A DNA stretch of 64,000 bases from Bacteroidota bacterium. GTDB taxonomy: Bacteria; Bacteroidota; Ignavibacteria; UBA10030; JAHEZR01. Shown here piece by piece: positions 35,902 to 46,384 of the stretch. The stretch spans positions 2,354-66,353 of the forward strand of contig JBAWAH010000042.1 in assembly GCA_049589195.1 (NCBI GenBank), read 5' to 3'. Each line of letters starts with the position of its first letter. The stretch's first letter is position 1. Both the position numbers and the translations under genes were made by a program. The notes below the pieces were generated by a model. It was not told the origin of the DNA. It saw only the letters and a list, made by a program, of their open reading frames with translations, and did not search any database.

Positions 35902-37108
35902 TGTCCTGAAGGTTGCATCGCGTTCCTTGGGAAGAAACAAAATGCGTTCGTTCCTCACGATGCTTGGCATTATTATTGGCGTTGCCGCAGTTATTGCAAT
36001 GCTGGCAATCGGACAGGGCGCTCGGTACACTGTGGAATCGCAGATCGCCAGTCTGGGTACAAACATGCTTATAGTTTTCCCGTTCGCGTCCTCGCAAGGT
36101 GGTGTTCGCTTTGAGGCAGGGACTTCAATTCGGTTGACAGACGACGACGCAATTGCCATACGTGATCAGTGCTCCGCAGTTCAATACATCTCTCCCTTTG
36201 TCCGTTCCTCGGAACAGGTTGTAGCAGGAGATGTCAACTGGAGAACGCAAATCCAAGGTGTGTTGCCTGAGTATCTGAGCATTAGGGATTGGCCTTTACA
36301 GTCTGGGAATGTCTTCACGGATTCCGACGTCAGGGCGGCAACCAAGGTTTGCATCCTGGGACAAACGGTTGTGAAGAATCTCTTCGGAGACAATGCCGAC
36401 CCGATTGGCCAAACAATTCGAATTCGCAGGCAACCATTTAAGGTCATTGGGACTCTAATAGCGAAGGGGCAGAGTGCAACAGGCCAGGATCAGGACGACT
36501 TCATTATTGCTCCTTTTTCCACTGTCCAGAAGAAGCTTCTTGGAATTACCTGGGTAAATACCATTTATGTTTCGGCGATCAGCCAGGCTGCGATTTATGA
36601 TGCTCAGAACCAAATCACGGACCTTCTCCGCTCAAGGCATCGGCTGCTGCCCTGGGAGGACAACGACTTTACAGTTCGCAACCAAACTGATATAGCGAGC
36701 ACCGCAGAGTCGACTTCGAAGACGCTCACGGTTCTTCTCGCGGCTATCGCTTCAGTCTCTCTCATCGTTGGCGGCATCGGCATTATGAACATCATGCTCG
36801 TCTCCGTAACTGAGCGCACGCGCGAGATCGGAATCCGAATGTCGATCGGGGCTCGGAGCAAAGATATCCTGTTCCAATTCCTTATTGAGGCCACCGTGTT
36901 GAGTCTCTTTGGCGGGCTCCTCGGTGTCGGGTTAGGCGTTGCGAGCTCTTACATCATTTCCTCTACTGCGGGTTGGCCAGTGCTCGTCTCAGGCTTCTCT
37001 GTGGGCCTCTCTTCGTTTTTTGCGGCGGCCATCGGTGTGTTCTTCGGATTCTATCCGGCGAGGAAGGCCTCCCTTCTCAATCCGATTGATGCGCTCCGGT
37101 ACGAGTAG
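35888..37108 (+). CDS. ABC transporter permease, FtsX-like (MacB-type, 4 TM with a large periplasmic domain).
   Basis: It has an N-terminal TM helix, a ~220-aa periplasmic domain, and 3 C-terminal TM helices. It overlaps the upstream ATPase gene. Confidence 0.8.
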   Translation: MNVLNVLKVASRSLGRNKMRSFLTMLGIIIGVAAVIAMLAIGQGARYTVESQIASLGTNMLIVFPFASSQGGVRFEAGTSIRLTDDDAIAIRDQCSAVQYISPFVRSSEQVVAGDVNWRTQIQGVLPEYLSIRDWPLQSGNVFTDSDVRAATKVCILGQTVVKNLFGDNADPIGQTIRIRRQPFKVIGTLIAKGQSATGQDQDDFIIAPFSTVQKKLLGITWVNTIYVSAISQAAIYDAQNQITDLLRSRHRLLPWEDNDFTVRNQTDIASTAESTSKTLTVLLAAIASVSLIVGGIGIMNIMLVSVTERTREIGIRMSIGARSKDILFQFLIEATVLSLFGGLLGVGLGVASSYIISSTAGWPVLVSGFSVGLSSFFAAAIGVFFGFYPARKASLLNPIDALRYE

Positions 37109-37196
37109 GATGAGACACTTCTGATTGGAATGAGAAGCATCGGGAGATAAGCCCCGGTGCTTTTCGTGTTTTTTGGTGCTGCCTTGTTAGATTAGG

Positions 37197-37226
37197 TTGA
37201 CTTTTCCAGCGTTTTTTGATAGATTG
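37197..37226 (+). promoter_or_regulatory. Putative sigma70-type promoter of the nuo operon.
   Basis: TTGACT, 17 nt, TAGATT lies 50 nt upstream of nuoA. The extended motif ATTAGGTTGACTTTTCCAGCGTTTT recurs at 41815 and partly at 52985. Confidence 0.35.
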
Positions 37227-37279
37227 CTACTGTTTTGCATGGTGTACCCCCTCTTTTGCCATTGAGCAGTCTGGTAACT

Positions 37280-37636
37280 ATGATTGAAAGCTATATCCCG
37301 ATCGTTCTGATGCTTGTCTTTGCGGTCGCTTTCGGTTTGGTGATGTCGAAAGCTTCTGAATGGTTTGGACCGAGACATCCGACCGAGGAAAAACTGTCGA
37401 CGTATGAGAGCGGGATGGAGCCGGTCAGGACTGCTCGGGAGCGGTTTTCTGTCAAGTTCTACCTTGTAGCGATGCTCTTTATCATCTTCGATATCGAAGT
37501 GGTCTTCCTCTACTCCTGGGCTGTAGTCTTCAGGAAGCTTGGAATCTTCTCTTACATCGAGATGTTCATTTTTGTAGCAGTGCTTTTCCTTGGGTACTTT
37601 TATGTTGTGCGGAAAGGAGCGCTTCGGTGGGATTAG
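37280..37636 (+). CDS. nuoA: NADH-quinone oxidoreductase subunit A.
   Basis: The translation [48 protein letters not shown]...[21 protein letters not shown] is canonical NuoA/ND3. The start is the internal Met at 37280. Confidence 0.85.
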   Translation: MIESYIPIVLMLVFAVAFGLVMSKASEWFGPRHPTEEKLSTYESGMEPVRTARERFSVKFYLVAMLFIIFDIEVVFLYSWAVVFRKLGIFSYIEMFIFVAVLFLGYFYVVRKGALRWD

Positions 37637-37659
37637 GGTCTCTGTCATCTGAGGGATTC

Positions 37660-38124
37660 ATGACGACAAAGCTGCAGACCATGATCAACTGGTGCCGCAA
37701 GAATTCGCTTTGGCCCATGCCTATGGGGATTTCCTGCTGCGCGATCGAGCTGATGTCGACGGGTGATCCCCGTCACGACATTGCACGATTCGGTTCAGAA
37801 GTTATGCGCTTCTCTCCCCGGCAATCTGACGTGATGATTGTGGCAGGAACGGTGACGTACAAGATGGCCAAGGTCGTGAGGAAAATCTATGATCAAATGC
37901 CAGAGCCGAAATGGGTCATCGCCATGGGGGCTTGTGCCTCTTCTGGAGGAATGTATCGGTCATACCCAGTGGTGCAAGGAATTGACCAATTCGTTCCTGT
38001 TGATGTGTATGTCGCGGGGTGTCCGCCGCGCCCCGATAATTTGCTGAAAGGTCTCATGGCACTTCAAGAAAAAGTCCAGCGAGGATCTAAAGTGGTAGAA
38101 AGGGAGCCGGTGAAAATCGAATGA
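37660..38124 (+). CDS. nuoB: NADH-quinone oxidoreductase subunit B (20 kDa, N2 cluster).
   Basis: The conserved blocks [17 protein letters not shown] and ...[11 protein letters not shown]...[13 protein letters not shown] are present. GAGGGA sits before the ATG at 37660. Confidence 0.9.
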   Translation: MTTKLQTMINWCRKNSLWPMPMGISCCAIELMSTGDPRHDIARFGSEVMRFSPRQSDVMIVAGTVTYKMAKVVRKIYDQMPEPKWVIAMGACASSGGMYRSYPVVQGIDQFVPVDVYVAGCPPRPDNLLKGLMALQEKVQRGSKVVEREPVKIE

Positions 38125-38615
38125 GTAGCATCACGAACAATCGGGTTCTCGAGATACTTCGTGCGCAGTTCAGCGATTCCATGCTTTCTTCCAATGAGTT
38201 CCGCGGTGAGCTTTCCGTTGTTGTCAAGAAAGAAGATATTGCTCGTGTCTGTGATTTCCTGAAACATGATGACGAGCTGAGGTTTGATCTCCTCGAGGAT
38301 TTGTGCGGCGTCGACATGTACACTCCGACCGACCGGTTCCAGGTCGTTTACCACGTCTTCTCTTTGATGAATAGATTTCGCCTTCGGTTGAAAGTCCTGG
38401 TGGACGAGGGAGATCTCAAAGTCCCAACGGTCAGCACTGTGTGGTCGACGGCAAACTGGCACGAACGCGAAGCGTATGATATGTTTGGGATAATCTTCGA
38501 AGGGCATCCAGACCTTCGCCGTTTGTATATGCCGGATGAGTTTGAATACTTCCCTCTCCGCAAGGATTTCCCATTGATGGGCATTCCGGGCTCTCTCTCA
38601 CTTCCAAAGAAATAG
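38121..38615 (+). CDS. nuoC: NADH-quinone oxidoreductase subunit C (30 kDa).
   Basis: The block ...[22 protein letters not shown]...[23 protein letters not shown]... is the NuoC/Nqo5 signature. Confidence 0.85.
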   Translation: MSSITNNRVLEILRAQFSDSMLSSNEFRGELSVVVKKEDIARVCDFLKHDDELRFDLLEDLCGVDMYTPTDRFQVVYHVFSLMNRFRLRLKVLVDEGDLKVPTVSTVWSTANWHEREAYDMFGIIFEGHPDLRRLYMPDEFEYFPLRKDFPLMGIPGSLSLPKK

Positions 38616-38668
38616 TCCCAACCTGATAGATCGTTAGATCGCACCCAGTAGCTGGGGACGCAGGTCCA

Positions 38669-39916
38669 ATGCAGCCCGACGAAATCCAAAAAAGCAAAAT
38701 CCTGAAGGCCCTCGAAGATAAGGACACGAGCGTTCTGGTGGAAGACCCGCTGGAAAGCGATATGGTGTTGAATATGGGTCCGCAGCATCCCGCCACTCAT
38801 GGGGTTCTCAGGATTTTGCTCCGGCTGGATGGCGAGACAATCGTCAATTCCGTGCCTGAGCTTGGTTACCTCCATCGTGGTTATGAGAAGCTCGCGGAGA
38901 ATTGCACATACCACGAGTTCATCACCCACACAGATCGGCTGGATTATCTCGCGCCGTTGTCGAACAACGTCGGCTACGTCCAGGCAGTGGAGAAGCTCGT
39001 CGGCCTTGAGATTCCTGAGCGAGCGAAGTATATTCGTGTCGTGTGTTGTGAGCTTGCAAGAATCTCTTCACACCTTGTCTGGCTTGGAAGTATGGCGATG
39101 GATGTCGGAGCGCTGACGATTCTGCTCTGGACGTTTCGAGAGCGCGAGAAGCTGTACGACATTTTCGATGTTCTCACCGGCGCTCGCTTCACGACAAGTT
39201 ATACTCGCATCGGCGGTGTTTCACAGGACATGACGGACGAATGCTCCGGGATGATAAAAGGTTTTATTGAACAGTTTCCCGACAAATTGGAGGAGTGCGA
39301 GAACCTCCTCAACAAGAATCGGATTTTCATCGAGCGGACGGATGGTGTAGGTGTCATTTCTCGTGAGCAGGCAATCGACATTGGGTTGACCGGGCCGTCG
39401 CTGCGGGCTTGCGGAGTCGAGTACGATATTCGGCGTGCCGATCCTTATCTCATTTACGACCAGCTTGACTTTCGGATTCCAGTGTTCGAAGGAGGAGACA
39501 GTCTTGCTAGGTACTACGTGCGAAACGAGGAGATGAGAGAAAGCGTGAAGATTGTACGCCAAGTGCTAGAGAAGATTCCTCGCGGCCCGATCAAAGCCCA
39601 TGAGCCACGACAGGTTGTTGCGAAGAAAGAGCGGGTGTACACGAAGATGGAAGAGCTCATCCAGGATTTTATGGTCACCAACTTCGGAATAAACCCGCCA
39701 GCTGGGGAGATCTACCGCCCTATTGAGTCATCGAAAGGTGAGTTAGGATTCTACATTATCAGCGATGGCTCAGGAAATCCGTGGCGGCTGAAGATCCGGG
39801 CGCCCTCAATGGTCAACCTTCAGGCCCTCCCTATTTTCCTTAAGGGTCGGATGGTCTCGGATGTCGTCGCGATCATTGGAAGTTTGGACCCGGTGATGGG
39901 GGAAGCAGATAAGTGA
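38669..39916 (+). CDS. nuoD: NADH-quinone oxidoreductase subunit D (49 kDa).
   Basis: The block MVLNMGPQHPATHGVLRILLRLDGE...RLDYLAPLSNNVGY...ERISSHLVWLGSMAMDVGA is canonical NuoD. Confidence 0.9.
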   Translation: MQPDEIQKSKILKALEDKDTSVLVEDPLESDMVLNMGPQHPATHGVLRILLRLDGETIVNSVPELGYLHRGYEKLAENCTYHEFITHTDRLDYLAPLSNNVGYVQAVEKLVGLEIPERAKYIRVVCCELARISSHLVWLGSMAMDVGALTILLWTFREREKLYDIFDVLTGARFTTSYTRIGGVSQDMTDECSGMIKGFIEQFPDKLEECENLLNKNRIFIERTDGVGVISREQAIDIGLTGPSLRACGVEYDIRRADPYLIYDQLDFRIPVFEGGDSLARYYVRNEEMRESVKIVRQVLEKIPRGPIKAHEPRQVVAKKERVYTKMEELIQDFMVTNFGINPPAGEIYRPIESSKGELGFYIISDGSGNPWRLKIRAPSMVNLQALPIFLKGRMVSDVVAIIGSLDPVMGEADK

Positions 39917-39972
39917 ATTGCCGATTTTGAATTTCCAATTGCCAAGTGAAGATCGAAGATTGAAAATTCAAT

Positions 39973-40437
39973 ATGCTGAATGAACAGAATCTGAAGAAAA
40001 TTGAAGAGCTCAGGCAGCGTTATCCGACGTCTCAAGCTGCTCTGCTCCCGACCCTTTGGATCGCACAGGAGCAGTATGGGTGGATCTCTGAGGAGACGAT
40101 GAAGGAAATCGCTTCGCTATTGAATCTTCCCTTCGGCCACGTTCTCGGGGTTGTCTCATTCTACACGATGTTTCACCGCAAGCCCATCGGGAAATACCAT
40201 CTTCAAGTCTGTACGAATGTCTCCTGCCAGCTTCTGGGTTCCGAGAAGGTTGTCGATTATCTTTCTCAGAAGTGTAAAGTCGAACTTGACGGGACAAGCG
40301 CCGATGGAAAGTATACTTTGTCTGAAGTTGAATGCCTCGGTTCCTGTGCAACCGCTCCGATGATGCAGATCAATGACGAGTACTATGAGAATTTGACAAA
40401 GGAAAAAATCGACCACATCCTGCTGCGCTTGAAGTAA
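39973..40437 (+). CDS. nuoE: NADH-quinone oxidoreductase subunit E (24 kDa, 2Fe-2S).
   Basis: The thioredoxin-like 2Fe-2S Cys pattern is present: ...YHLQVCTNVSCQLLGS...SEVECLGSCATAPMMQIND. Confidence 0.85.
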   Translation: MLNEQNLKKIEELRQRYPTSQAALLPTLWIAQEQYGWISEETMKEIASLLNLPFGHVLGVVSFYTMFHRKPIGKYHLQVCTNVSCQLLGSEKVVDYLSQKCKVELDGTSADGKYTLSEVECLGSCATAPMMQINDEYYENLTKEKIDHILLRLK

Positions 40438-40440
40438 CCT

Positions 40441-41736
40441 ATGTCTGAAACCCTGAAATACCTTTTGCCCGACGTTCAAAACCTTCACCATCTCGACGTT
40501 TATGAAAGGAATGGCGGATACGATGGCCTGCGGAAAGCGCTCGGGATGAAGCCTGAGGAAGTCATCGACGAGGTGAAGAAGTCAGGCCTCCGGGGTAGAG
40601 GAGGTGCGTGCTTCCCAACCGGAATGAAATGGAGCTTCATGCCGAGGGACACGCAGAAACCCAAATATCTTTGCGTCAACGGTGACGAGGCAGAGCCTGG
40701 GACATTCAAGGATCGACAGATCTTCGAATTCAATCCGCATCAACTCGTTGAGGGTACTCTCATTGCGGCATATGCGATGGGTGTTTCGGTTTGCTATGTC
40801 TACATCCGTGGCGAGTACGTGCGGTGGGTTACACTCCTCCAGAAGGCGGTGGATGATGCCTACAGCAAGGGCTACGTTGGAAGGAGCATCCTCGGGGCTT
40901 CATTCGATACTGAAATCTACATCCACCGCGGCGCGGGCGCATATATTTGTGGCGAGGAGTCGGCGTTGATGACTTCAATTGAAGGGGACCGTGGTTACCC
41001 TCGCGTGAAGCCGCCGTTTCCTCCTCAGTTTGGTCTCTGGGGGTGTCCGACGACGATCAACAATGTGGAGACGCTTGCCAACGTTCCTCTCATTCTCCGC
41101 CACGGCGCGGAGTGGTACTCAAAGATCGGCGCACAAAAGCACCCCGGTCCGCTTCTTTATGGTCTGAGCGGGCACATAAACAAGCCAGGTGTGTACGAGC
41201 TACCGACAGGAGTGCTGCTCACCGATCTGATTTACAAATATGGCGGGGGGGTCCCCGGAAACAAGCACATCAAAGCGATTATCCCCGGCGGCTCTTCGAC
41301 GCCAGTGATTCGCGGGGACGAGATCGAAGGCCTTCACATGGATGCTGAGTCGCTCAAGGCGGCCGGCTCAGCAATTGGCACGGCTGGCGTGATCGTCATG
41401 GACGAAGACACCGACCTTGTGAAGGTTCTCATGAGGATCACGAAGTTCTATTATCACGAGTCCTGCGGCCAGTGCACACCGTGCCGTGAGGGCACAGGGT
41501 GGATGTGGAAAATCCTGAAACGTCTTGATGCGGGCGAGGGAAAGCCTGCAGATATTGACATGCTCGTTGAGGTCGCAAACAACATAGAAGGCAACACGAT
41601 CTGCGCTCTCGGTGATGCTGCTGCGTGGCCCGTCCAGAGTTTTGTGAAACGGTTCCGCGACGATTTCGAAAAGAAGATTAAATCACCATCATCTGTTCCT
41701 GTCCCTACGTCTGTCGAACCCGTTGCCGCGATGTAG
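40441..41736 (+). CDS. nuoF: NADH-quinone oxidoreductase subunit F (51 kDa, FMN/NADH, 4Fe-4S).
   Basis: The NADH/FMN sites are present: GLRGRGGACFPTGMKW and ...GAGAYICGEESALMTSIEG.... The 4Fe-4S cluster site is ESCGQCTPCREGTGW. Confidence 0.9.
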   Translation: MSETLKYLLPDVQNLHHLDVYERNGGYDGLRKALGMKPEEVIDEVKKSGLRGRGGACFPTGMKWSFMPRDTQKPKYLCVNGDEAEPGTFKDRQIFEFNPHQLVEGTLIAAYAMGVSVCYVYIRGEYVRWVTLLQKAVDDAYSKGYVGRSILGASFDTEIYIHRGAGAYICGEESALMTSIEGDRGYPRVKPPFPPQFGLWGCPTTINNVETLANVPLILRHGAEWYSKIGAQKHPGPLLYGLSGHINKPGVYELPTGVLLTDLIYKYGGGVPGNKHIKAIIPGGSSTPVIRGDEIEGLHMDAESLKAAGSAIGTAGVIVMDEDTDLVKVLMRITKFYYHESCGQCTPCREGTGWMWKILKRLDAGEGKPADIDMLVEVANNIEGNTICALGDAAAWPVQSFVKRFRDDFEKKIKSPSSVPVPTSVEPVAAM

Positions 41737-41862
41737 ACTGAGCATCTCTCTTCTTTCCGCCTAGTTCGGGATGGAAATTGTCACCTGGTTTTGCCCTGTA
41801 ATTGACTTCACCGTTTTGACTTTCCAGCGTTTTCAGGTTTCTTCTGATTCCCCTTCATTCAG

Positions 41863-42306
41863 ATGAAGATCAAAATCGCGCGCCTCGGTTCCCGTTCAGA
41901 AGACATTCCGCTTCCGAAATACGTGACCCCGGGAGCGGCGGGGATGGATATATGTGCTGCTGTGCGAACGCGAGTCGTGATTCCTCCGGGCAAGACAGTT
42001 CTTATCCCAACCGGATTCTCAATAGAGCTTCCGACTGGATTCGAGGCTCAAATCCGCCCACGAAGTGGTCTTGCAATCAAGCACAATGTCGGATTGCTCA
42101 ATTCACCAGGTACGATCGATTCTGATTACAGGGGGGAGATTAAGATCGTCATGACGAATTTCGGGAGAGAGAAGTTCATCGTCCACCGTGGGGACCGCAT
42201 TGCACAGATGATTATTGCACGTTACGTGCGCGCGGATTGGAAAGAAGTGAAGAGACTGAACCGGAGCAAACGCGGCGAGGGCGGCTTCGGTCACACTGGC
42301 AAATGA
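41863..42306 (+). CDS. dut: dUTP diphosphatase.
   Basis: It is 147 aa. The dUTPase motifs are present: ...GAAGMDICAA..., RPRSGLAIKHNVGLLNSPGTIDSDYRGEIKIVM, RGEGGFGHTGK. Confidence 0.9.
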   Translation: MKIKIARLGSRSEDIPLPKYVTPGAAGMDICAAVRTRVVIPPGKTVLIPTGFSIELPTGFEAQIRPRSGLAIKHNVGLLNSPGTIDSDYRGEIKIVMTNFGREKFIVHRGDRIAQMIIARYVRADWKEVKRLNRSKRGEGGFGHTGK

Positions 42307-42318
42307 GGGAGCTCTGGT

Positions 42319-43539
42319 ATGGGTTTGAACAATCCAGAAGTTGATGGCAGCTCGAGGATCTCGGAGGTTGTCGTTGTTGTCACCGGCGTTGCCCTGCTTT
42401 TCCTCCTTCTCTACATCATTGTCCCTGTTCTCTCTCCATTTGTCCTCGCCGCAGCTATTCTTTTTCTGCTCTATCCAGTCCGGCGACTTCCGTACATTCG
42501 CAGACTGCTGTGGTTGGTTGCTTTCTTCTTGATTGCTTGGTTTCTCTACAGTGCTGCCGGTGTGCTCACTCCTTTTGTTATTGCCCTGTTGCTGGCATAC
42601 GTCTTGAACCCGCTCGTCACTGTCCTCGAGAAGAGACGCATACGTCGCTGGATTTCGTCTCTCCTCCTAATGGTTCTATTTGTCGCATTGATCGTGGGCT
42701 CAGTAATCCTCGTCGTGCCAATTGCCGTTGCCCAGTTCAGTGGGCTGATTGAGAGCATATCTGCACTCGCAAAGGACGGGAAGATTCTCGAGTTGTTGGC
42801 TCGATCAGGCATACCCATCCAGCAAATCCAGGATCTCTTGGAGAAACAGTTTCCTGCCAAACTCGAGGGTGTATTGACGTCGCTCTTGGAAGGAGCCCTC
42901 GGATTGGTTACAGGATTGTCTTCGATTCTTGCCGAGGTGCTAAACCTGATCATCATACCGTTTGTGACGTTCTATTTGCTGAAGGACTTTCCTAGAATCC
43001 TCGAAAGGATCAAGTCATTCATCCCTGAGGGTCCAAGAGGCAGAATTGGCACATATGCTCCTAAGATCGATGAGGTGCTCGGGGAGTATTTTCGCGGCGC
43101 GATCGTCGTTGCCTTCATTCAAGGAATAATCTCTGTGGTCGTTCTTTCCCTCCTCGGCGTGCAGTATGCCTTGGTGCTGGGAATAATGACTGCTTTCCTC
43201 GACTTCATTCCCTACGTCGGACTTCTTATCAGTCTTCTCGTGTCGTGCGTCGTGGCTCTGCTGGGTGCGGAGCCAACGACGATGAGGGTTGTTGGGGTTG
43301 TCATCATGTATGTCGCGCTTAAACTTCTGGAGAACACTATCTTTGCTCCGAAGATTATTGGCTCGAAAGTGGGTGTGCACCCTGTCCTCATGATTCTGTC
43401 TCTCTTTATCTTCGGACATTTTCTGGGATTCGTCGGGCTTCTCATTGCCATCCCGACGACTGCCGTGATCTTGCAGTTCTTCAACGCGTGGGTTGAAAAC
43501 GTTTCCAGCAAGACCACCCCTGTCGGGGAATCTGAATGA
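42319..43539 (+). CDS. AI-2E family transporter (PerM/UPF0118) membrane protein.
   Basis: It has ~8 TM helices. The conserved C-terminal blocks ...LDFIPYVGLLIS... and IGSKVGVHPVLMILSLFIFGHFLGFVGLLIAIP are present. Confidence 0.65.
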   Translation: MGLNNPEVDGSSRISEVVVVVTGVALLFLLLYIIVPVLSPFVLAAAILFLLYPVRRLPYIRRLLWLVAFFLIAWFLYSAAGVLTPFVIALLLAYVLNPLVTVLEKRRIRRWISSLLLMVLFVALIVGSVILVVPIAVAQFSGLIESISALAKDGKILELLARSGIPIQQIQDLLEKQFPAKLEGVLTSLLEGALGLVTGLSSILAEVLNLIIIPFVTFYLLKDFPRILERIKSFIPEGPRGRIGTYAPKIDEVLGEYFRGAIVVAFIQGIISVVVLSLLGVQYALVLGIMTAFLDFIPYVGLLISLLVSCVVALLGAEPTTMRVVGVVIMYVALKLLENTIFAPKIIGSKVGVHPVLMILSLFIFGHFLGFVGLLIAIPTTAVILQFFNAWVENVSSKTTPVGESE

Positions 43540-44210
43540 CCGGGACACTATACCTCGTTTCCACACCGATTGGAAACGAAGAGGACATCTCTCTCCGTGC
43601 TCTCCGTATTCTTCGTGAGGTCGACATTATCGTGTGTGAAGAATTCAAAGAAGGGCGACGGCTGTTGGCAAAGTTTGAGATCGAGAAGCCACTTGAGACA
43701 CTCAACGAACACAATGAGCGCGCAAGCACGCGATGGATCCTAGACCGGTTGCACGAAGGGAAAAACGTCGCCGTCATCTCTGACACAGGGACGCCCGTTT
43801 TCTCCGATCCAGGCCACTTTCTCGTTCGGGAAGCGATTGCGGCGAGCCTAAAGATCGTCCCCATCCCCGGGGCAAACTCTCTCTTGCCTGCGCTCATTGT
43901 CTCAGGATTTCCGATTGACAACTTCCTCTTCTTTGGCTGGTTCTCCCCAAAGAAAGATGTCCGGAGAAGAGAGTTGGAGTCGCTCCGTGGAGAGAAGCGC
44001 ACCGTCGCAGTCATGGAAGCCCCATATCGTCTTCTTCCGCTGCTCAAGGACATTGTTGATGTGTTGGGGGAAAAGAGGGAATTGTGCGTCGCATTCGATC
44101 TCACGATGCCAACCGAGGAAATCAAACGTGGAAAGGCGAGGGACGTGCTGAATTATTTCAGTGGAAAAACGAAAGTGGGCGAGTTCGTCATAGTGGTCAA
44201 GGGTGTATGA
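43536..44210 (+). CDS. rsmI: 16S rRNA (cytidine1402-2'-O)-methyltransferase RsmI (tetrapyrrole-methylase fold).
   Basis: The N-terminus reads MTGTLYLVSTPIGNEEDISLRALRILREVDIIVCE. The block ...VAVISDTGTPVFSDPG...IVPIPGANSLLPALIVSGFP is the RsmI signature. Confidence 0.7.
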   Translation: MTGTLYLVSTPIGNEEDISLRALRILREVDIIVCEEFKEGRRLLAKFEIEKPLETLNEHNERASTRWILDRLHEGKNVAVISDTGTPVFSDPGHFLVREAIAASLKIVPIPGANSLLPALIVSGFPIDNFLFFGWFSPKKDVRRRELESLRGEKRTVAVMEAPYRLLPLLKDIVDVLGEKRELCVAFDLTMPTEEIKRGKARDVLNYFSGKTKVGEFVIVVKGV

Positions 44211-44308
44211 GGAACTTGAATGTAAGATGTTGCGTTTGCGAACATCGGTTGTTAGATTGAAGTCAAAGACTGTGCACCCCGCAGCAAAGGTGTGCGAAAG
44301 CCAAGCTT

Positions 44309-45334
44309 ATGGATATCGGAACGAAAACTGTTCGAGCACCAGAGATTTACGGTGATTTCTGGTTCAACTCTGAGCCCCTGGCCCTGAGTGCCCTTCGCGG
44401 ACAAGTAGTCCTCATTGACTTCTGGGATTACACCTGCGTTAACTGCCTCCGGACGATTCCTTATCTTCTCGAGTGGCACCAGCGCTATCGAGACTACGGG
44501 CTTGTTCTCATTGGCGTTCACACGCCAGAGTTTTCATTGGCGCGCGATCCCGCAGCCATCGAGCGCGCGATCAAGCGCCTTGGCATTTCCTATCCAGTTG
44601 TCACAGACAACGAGTACCTGATCTGGAGCGCGTTTGCCAATCGTGCTTGGCCTGCGAAGTATCTTATTGACAGGGGCGGGTATATCCGGTACATGCACGT
44701 CGGTGAAGGCAGCTATGGTGCTACCGAGCACGTAATCCAGGCCCTCCTTGTGGAAGCGGGGTATCACGGGGACTTGCCGTTCCCAATGGAACCTGTGAGA
44801 GAAACTGACAGACCTGGGGCAGTCTGTTATCGGACCACTCCCGAGGTCTACACCGGATATGTCCGGGGGGTGATTGGAAATGTCGAGGGCTTTAATCTCA
44901 ATTCAACGATCGAGTACACTGATCCCAAAGTCTATGTGGATGGTCGCTTCTATGCCCACGGTCGCTGGTTCATCGATCGAGATTTTGTGCGGTATCAGGG
45001 TGATTCCGATGTAGAAGGCTACATTGTCGTCCCGTACCATGCAGCAGAAGTCAATGCAGTCCTCAAGCTAGAGGGCCTGCCCGGTCTTCATGTGCGTGTA
45101 GACCAGGATGATCATCCACTCACTCCAGAGGTAAAGGGTGATGACATCTCATTCGATCTTCAGGGGAAAAGTTTTGTCGATGTCAATGAGCCGAGAATGT
45201 ACAACCTCGTCAAGAATAAGGAGTTCGGTTTTCACACCCTGAGGCTTGTTACTCGCTCGAACGCCTTTACCATCTACTCGTTCACTTTTGTCTCCTGCCT
45301 GATCCCGGAAGTCGTGTTGACGGATAGGAGCTAA
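44309..45334 (+). CDS. Thioredoxin-fold (TlpA/DipZ-C-like) protein with a C-terminal extension.
   Basis: The CxxC motif is in a redoxin context: LRGQVVLIDFWDYTCVNCLRTIPYL...LVLIGVHTPEF...YPVVTDNEYLIWSAFANRAWPAKYLIDRGGYIRYMHVGEG. Confidence 0.55.
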   Translation: MDIGTKTVRAPEIYGDFWFNSEPLALSALRGQVVLIDFWDYTCVNCLRTIPYLLEWHQRYRDYGLVLIGVHTPEFSLARDPAAIERAIKRLGISYPVVTDNEYLIWSAFANRAWPAKYLIDRGGYIRYMHVGEGSYGATEHVIQALLVEAGYHGDLPFPMEPVRETDRPGAVCYRTTPEVYTGYVRGVIGNVEGFNLNSTIEYTDPKVYVDGRFYAHGRWFIDRDFVRYQGDSDVEGYIVVPYHAAEVNAVLKLEGLPGLHVRVDQDDHPLTPEVKGDDISFDLQGKSFVDVNEPRMYNLVKNKEFGFHTLRLVTRSNAFTIYSFTFVSCLIPEVVLTDRS

Positions 45335-45604
45335 AGTCCCGCTCTTCTGCTCTCCTCGAGAGGCAATCCTCATCCAGTCATTTCTACCGGAGGTTCCACA
45401 CCGGCATCTCATCCGCAGGTGAGTGGAGACTAGGTCTGTTTGTGGGGCTCACCGCTGATGCCAACAGAGCCCTGCAAGATGAAGTTGATGAAGTAAGAGT
45501 GAGCAGAAGTCAGTTCGGGATGCGCAGGTCGTCAGCTTAAACGGACCGCGCATTCTGTTTTAAGGTAGGGTTGCTGAGAGTTGCTGAGCGTCTAACCCAG
45601 GTTC

Positions 45605-46345
45605 TCAGGAAACGTTTGCGTACGTGTTTGTGTGGTTGGTGTCTTTTCCGCGGAGGAGAAAGAGCGGATGGTTTGTGAAACGGCCTGATCGGTTTAATTT
45701 CGTTTCTGGCGGCATGAAGCGCATCGTGTAACCGCAGCGCCGCTTCGTCGAGAAGTTTGGCTTCGAGCCGTGAATCAGGAATGGCTCATGGAATGAGCAT
45801 TCCCCCGCCTTCAATTCCACATCAACCGCTTTCGACTCATCCAGCTTAATGTCTGCCATCTCTTGATCCAAGACCTGGTCTTTGACTGTGTATGCTACAT
45901 GCGGGATCAACCCCCAGGTGTGGCTTCCTGGAATCACCCTCATACATCCATTCTCAACGGTCGAATCGTCGATCGCGAGCCAAAGAGTCATCACCTTCAT
46001 CGGTTCGAGCGCCCAATAGGCAGCATCTTGATGCCAGGGAAGTGGTAAGCCATCGCCTTGTCGCTTGCTGATGATGTGACTTGCGAAGAGAACGATATTC
46101 GGCCCGATGAACCGTTCAATGACGTCGAGTATTTCAGGATGAGAGCAAAGTTTCAACAGAAAAGAATCGTTCGTGTGCGGCATGTTCAGGTTTTCCGACC
46201 TCACTCCGGCAGGGAGACGGGCGATCAGGCCGTCCACGTAGGTTCTGACTTCCGACAGTTCCTTGTCACTCAGGATTTTGCCGTACATCATGTATCCGTC
46301 TTTGTAATAGTGATCAATGTCAGCTTTCGTCAGTGTTCTGTACAT
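45605..46345 (-). CDS. Phytanoyl-CoA dioxygenase (PhyH) family Fe(II)/2-oxoglutarate oxygenase.
   Basis: The HxD...H facial triad context is present: PWHQDAAYWALEP ... PGSHTWG ... FLIHGSKPNFS. Confidence 0.6.
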   Translation of the reverse strand: MYRTLTKADIDHYYKDGYMMYGKILSDKELSEVRTYVDGLIARLPAGVRSENLNMPHTNDSFLLKLCSHPEILDVIERFIGPNIVLFASHIISKRQGDGLPLPWHQDAAYWALEPMKVMTLWLAIDDSTVENGCMRVIPGSHTWGLIPHVAYTVKDQVLDQEMADIKLDESKAVDVELKAGECSFHEPFLIHGSKPNFSTKRRCGYTMRFMPPETKLNRSGRFTNHPLFLLRGKDTNHTNTYANVS

Positions 46346-46384
46346 CAGTCATCCTCCAGTTCTTCTGTGAGTTCTTGAGAATAG

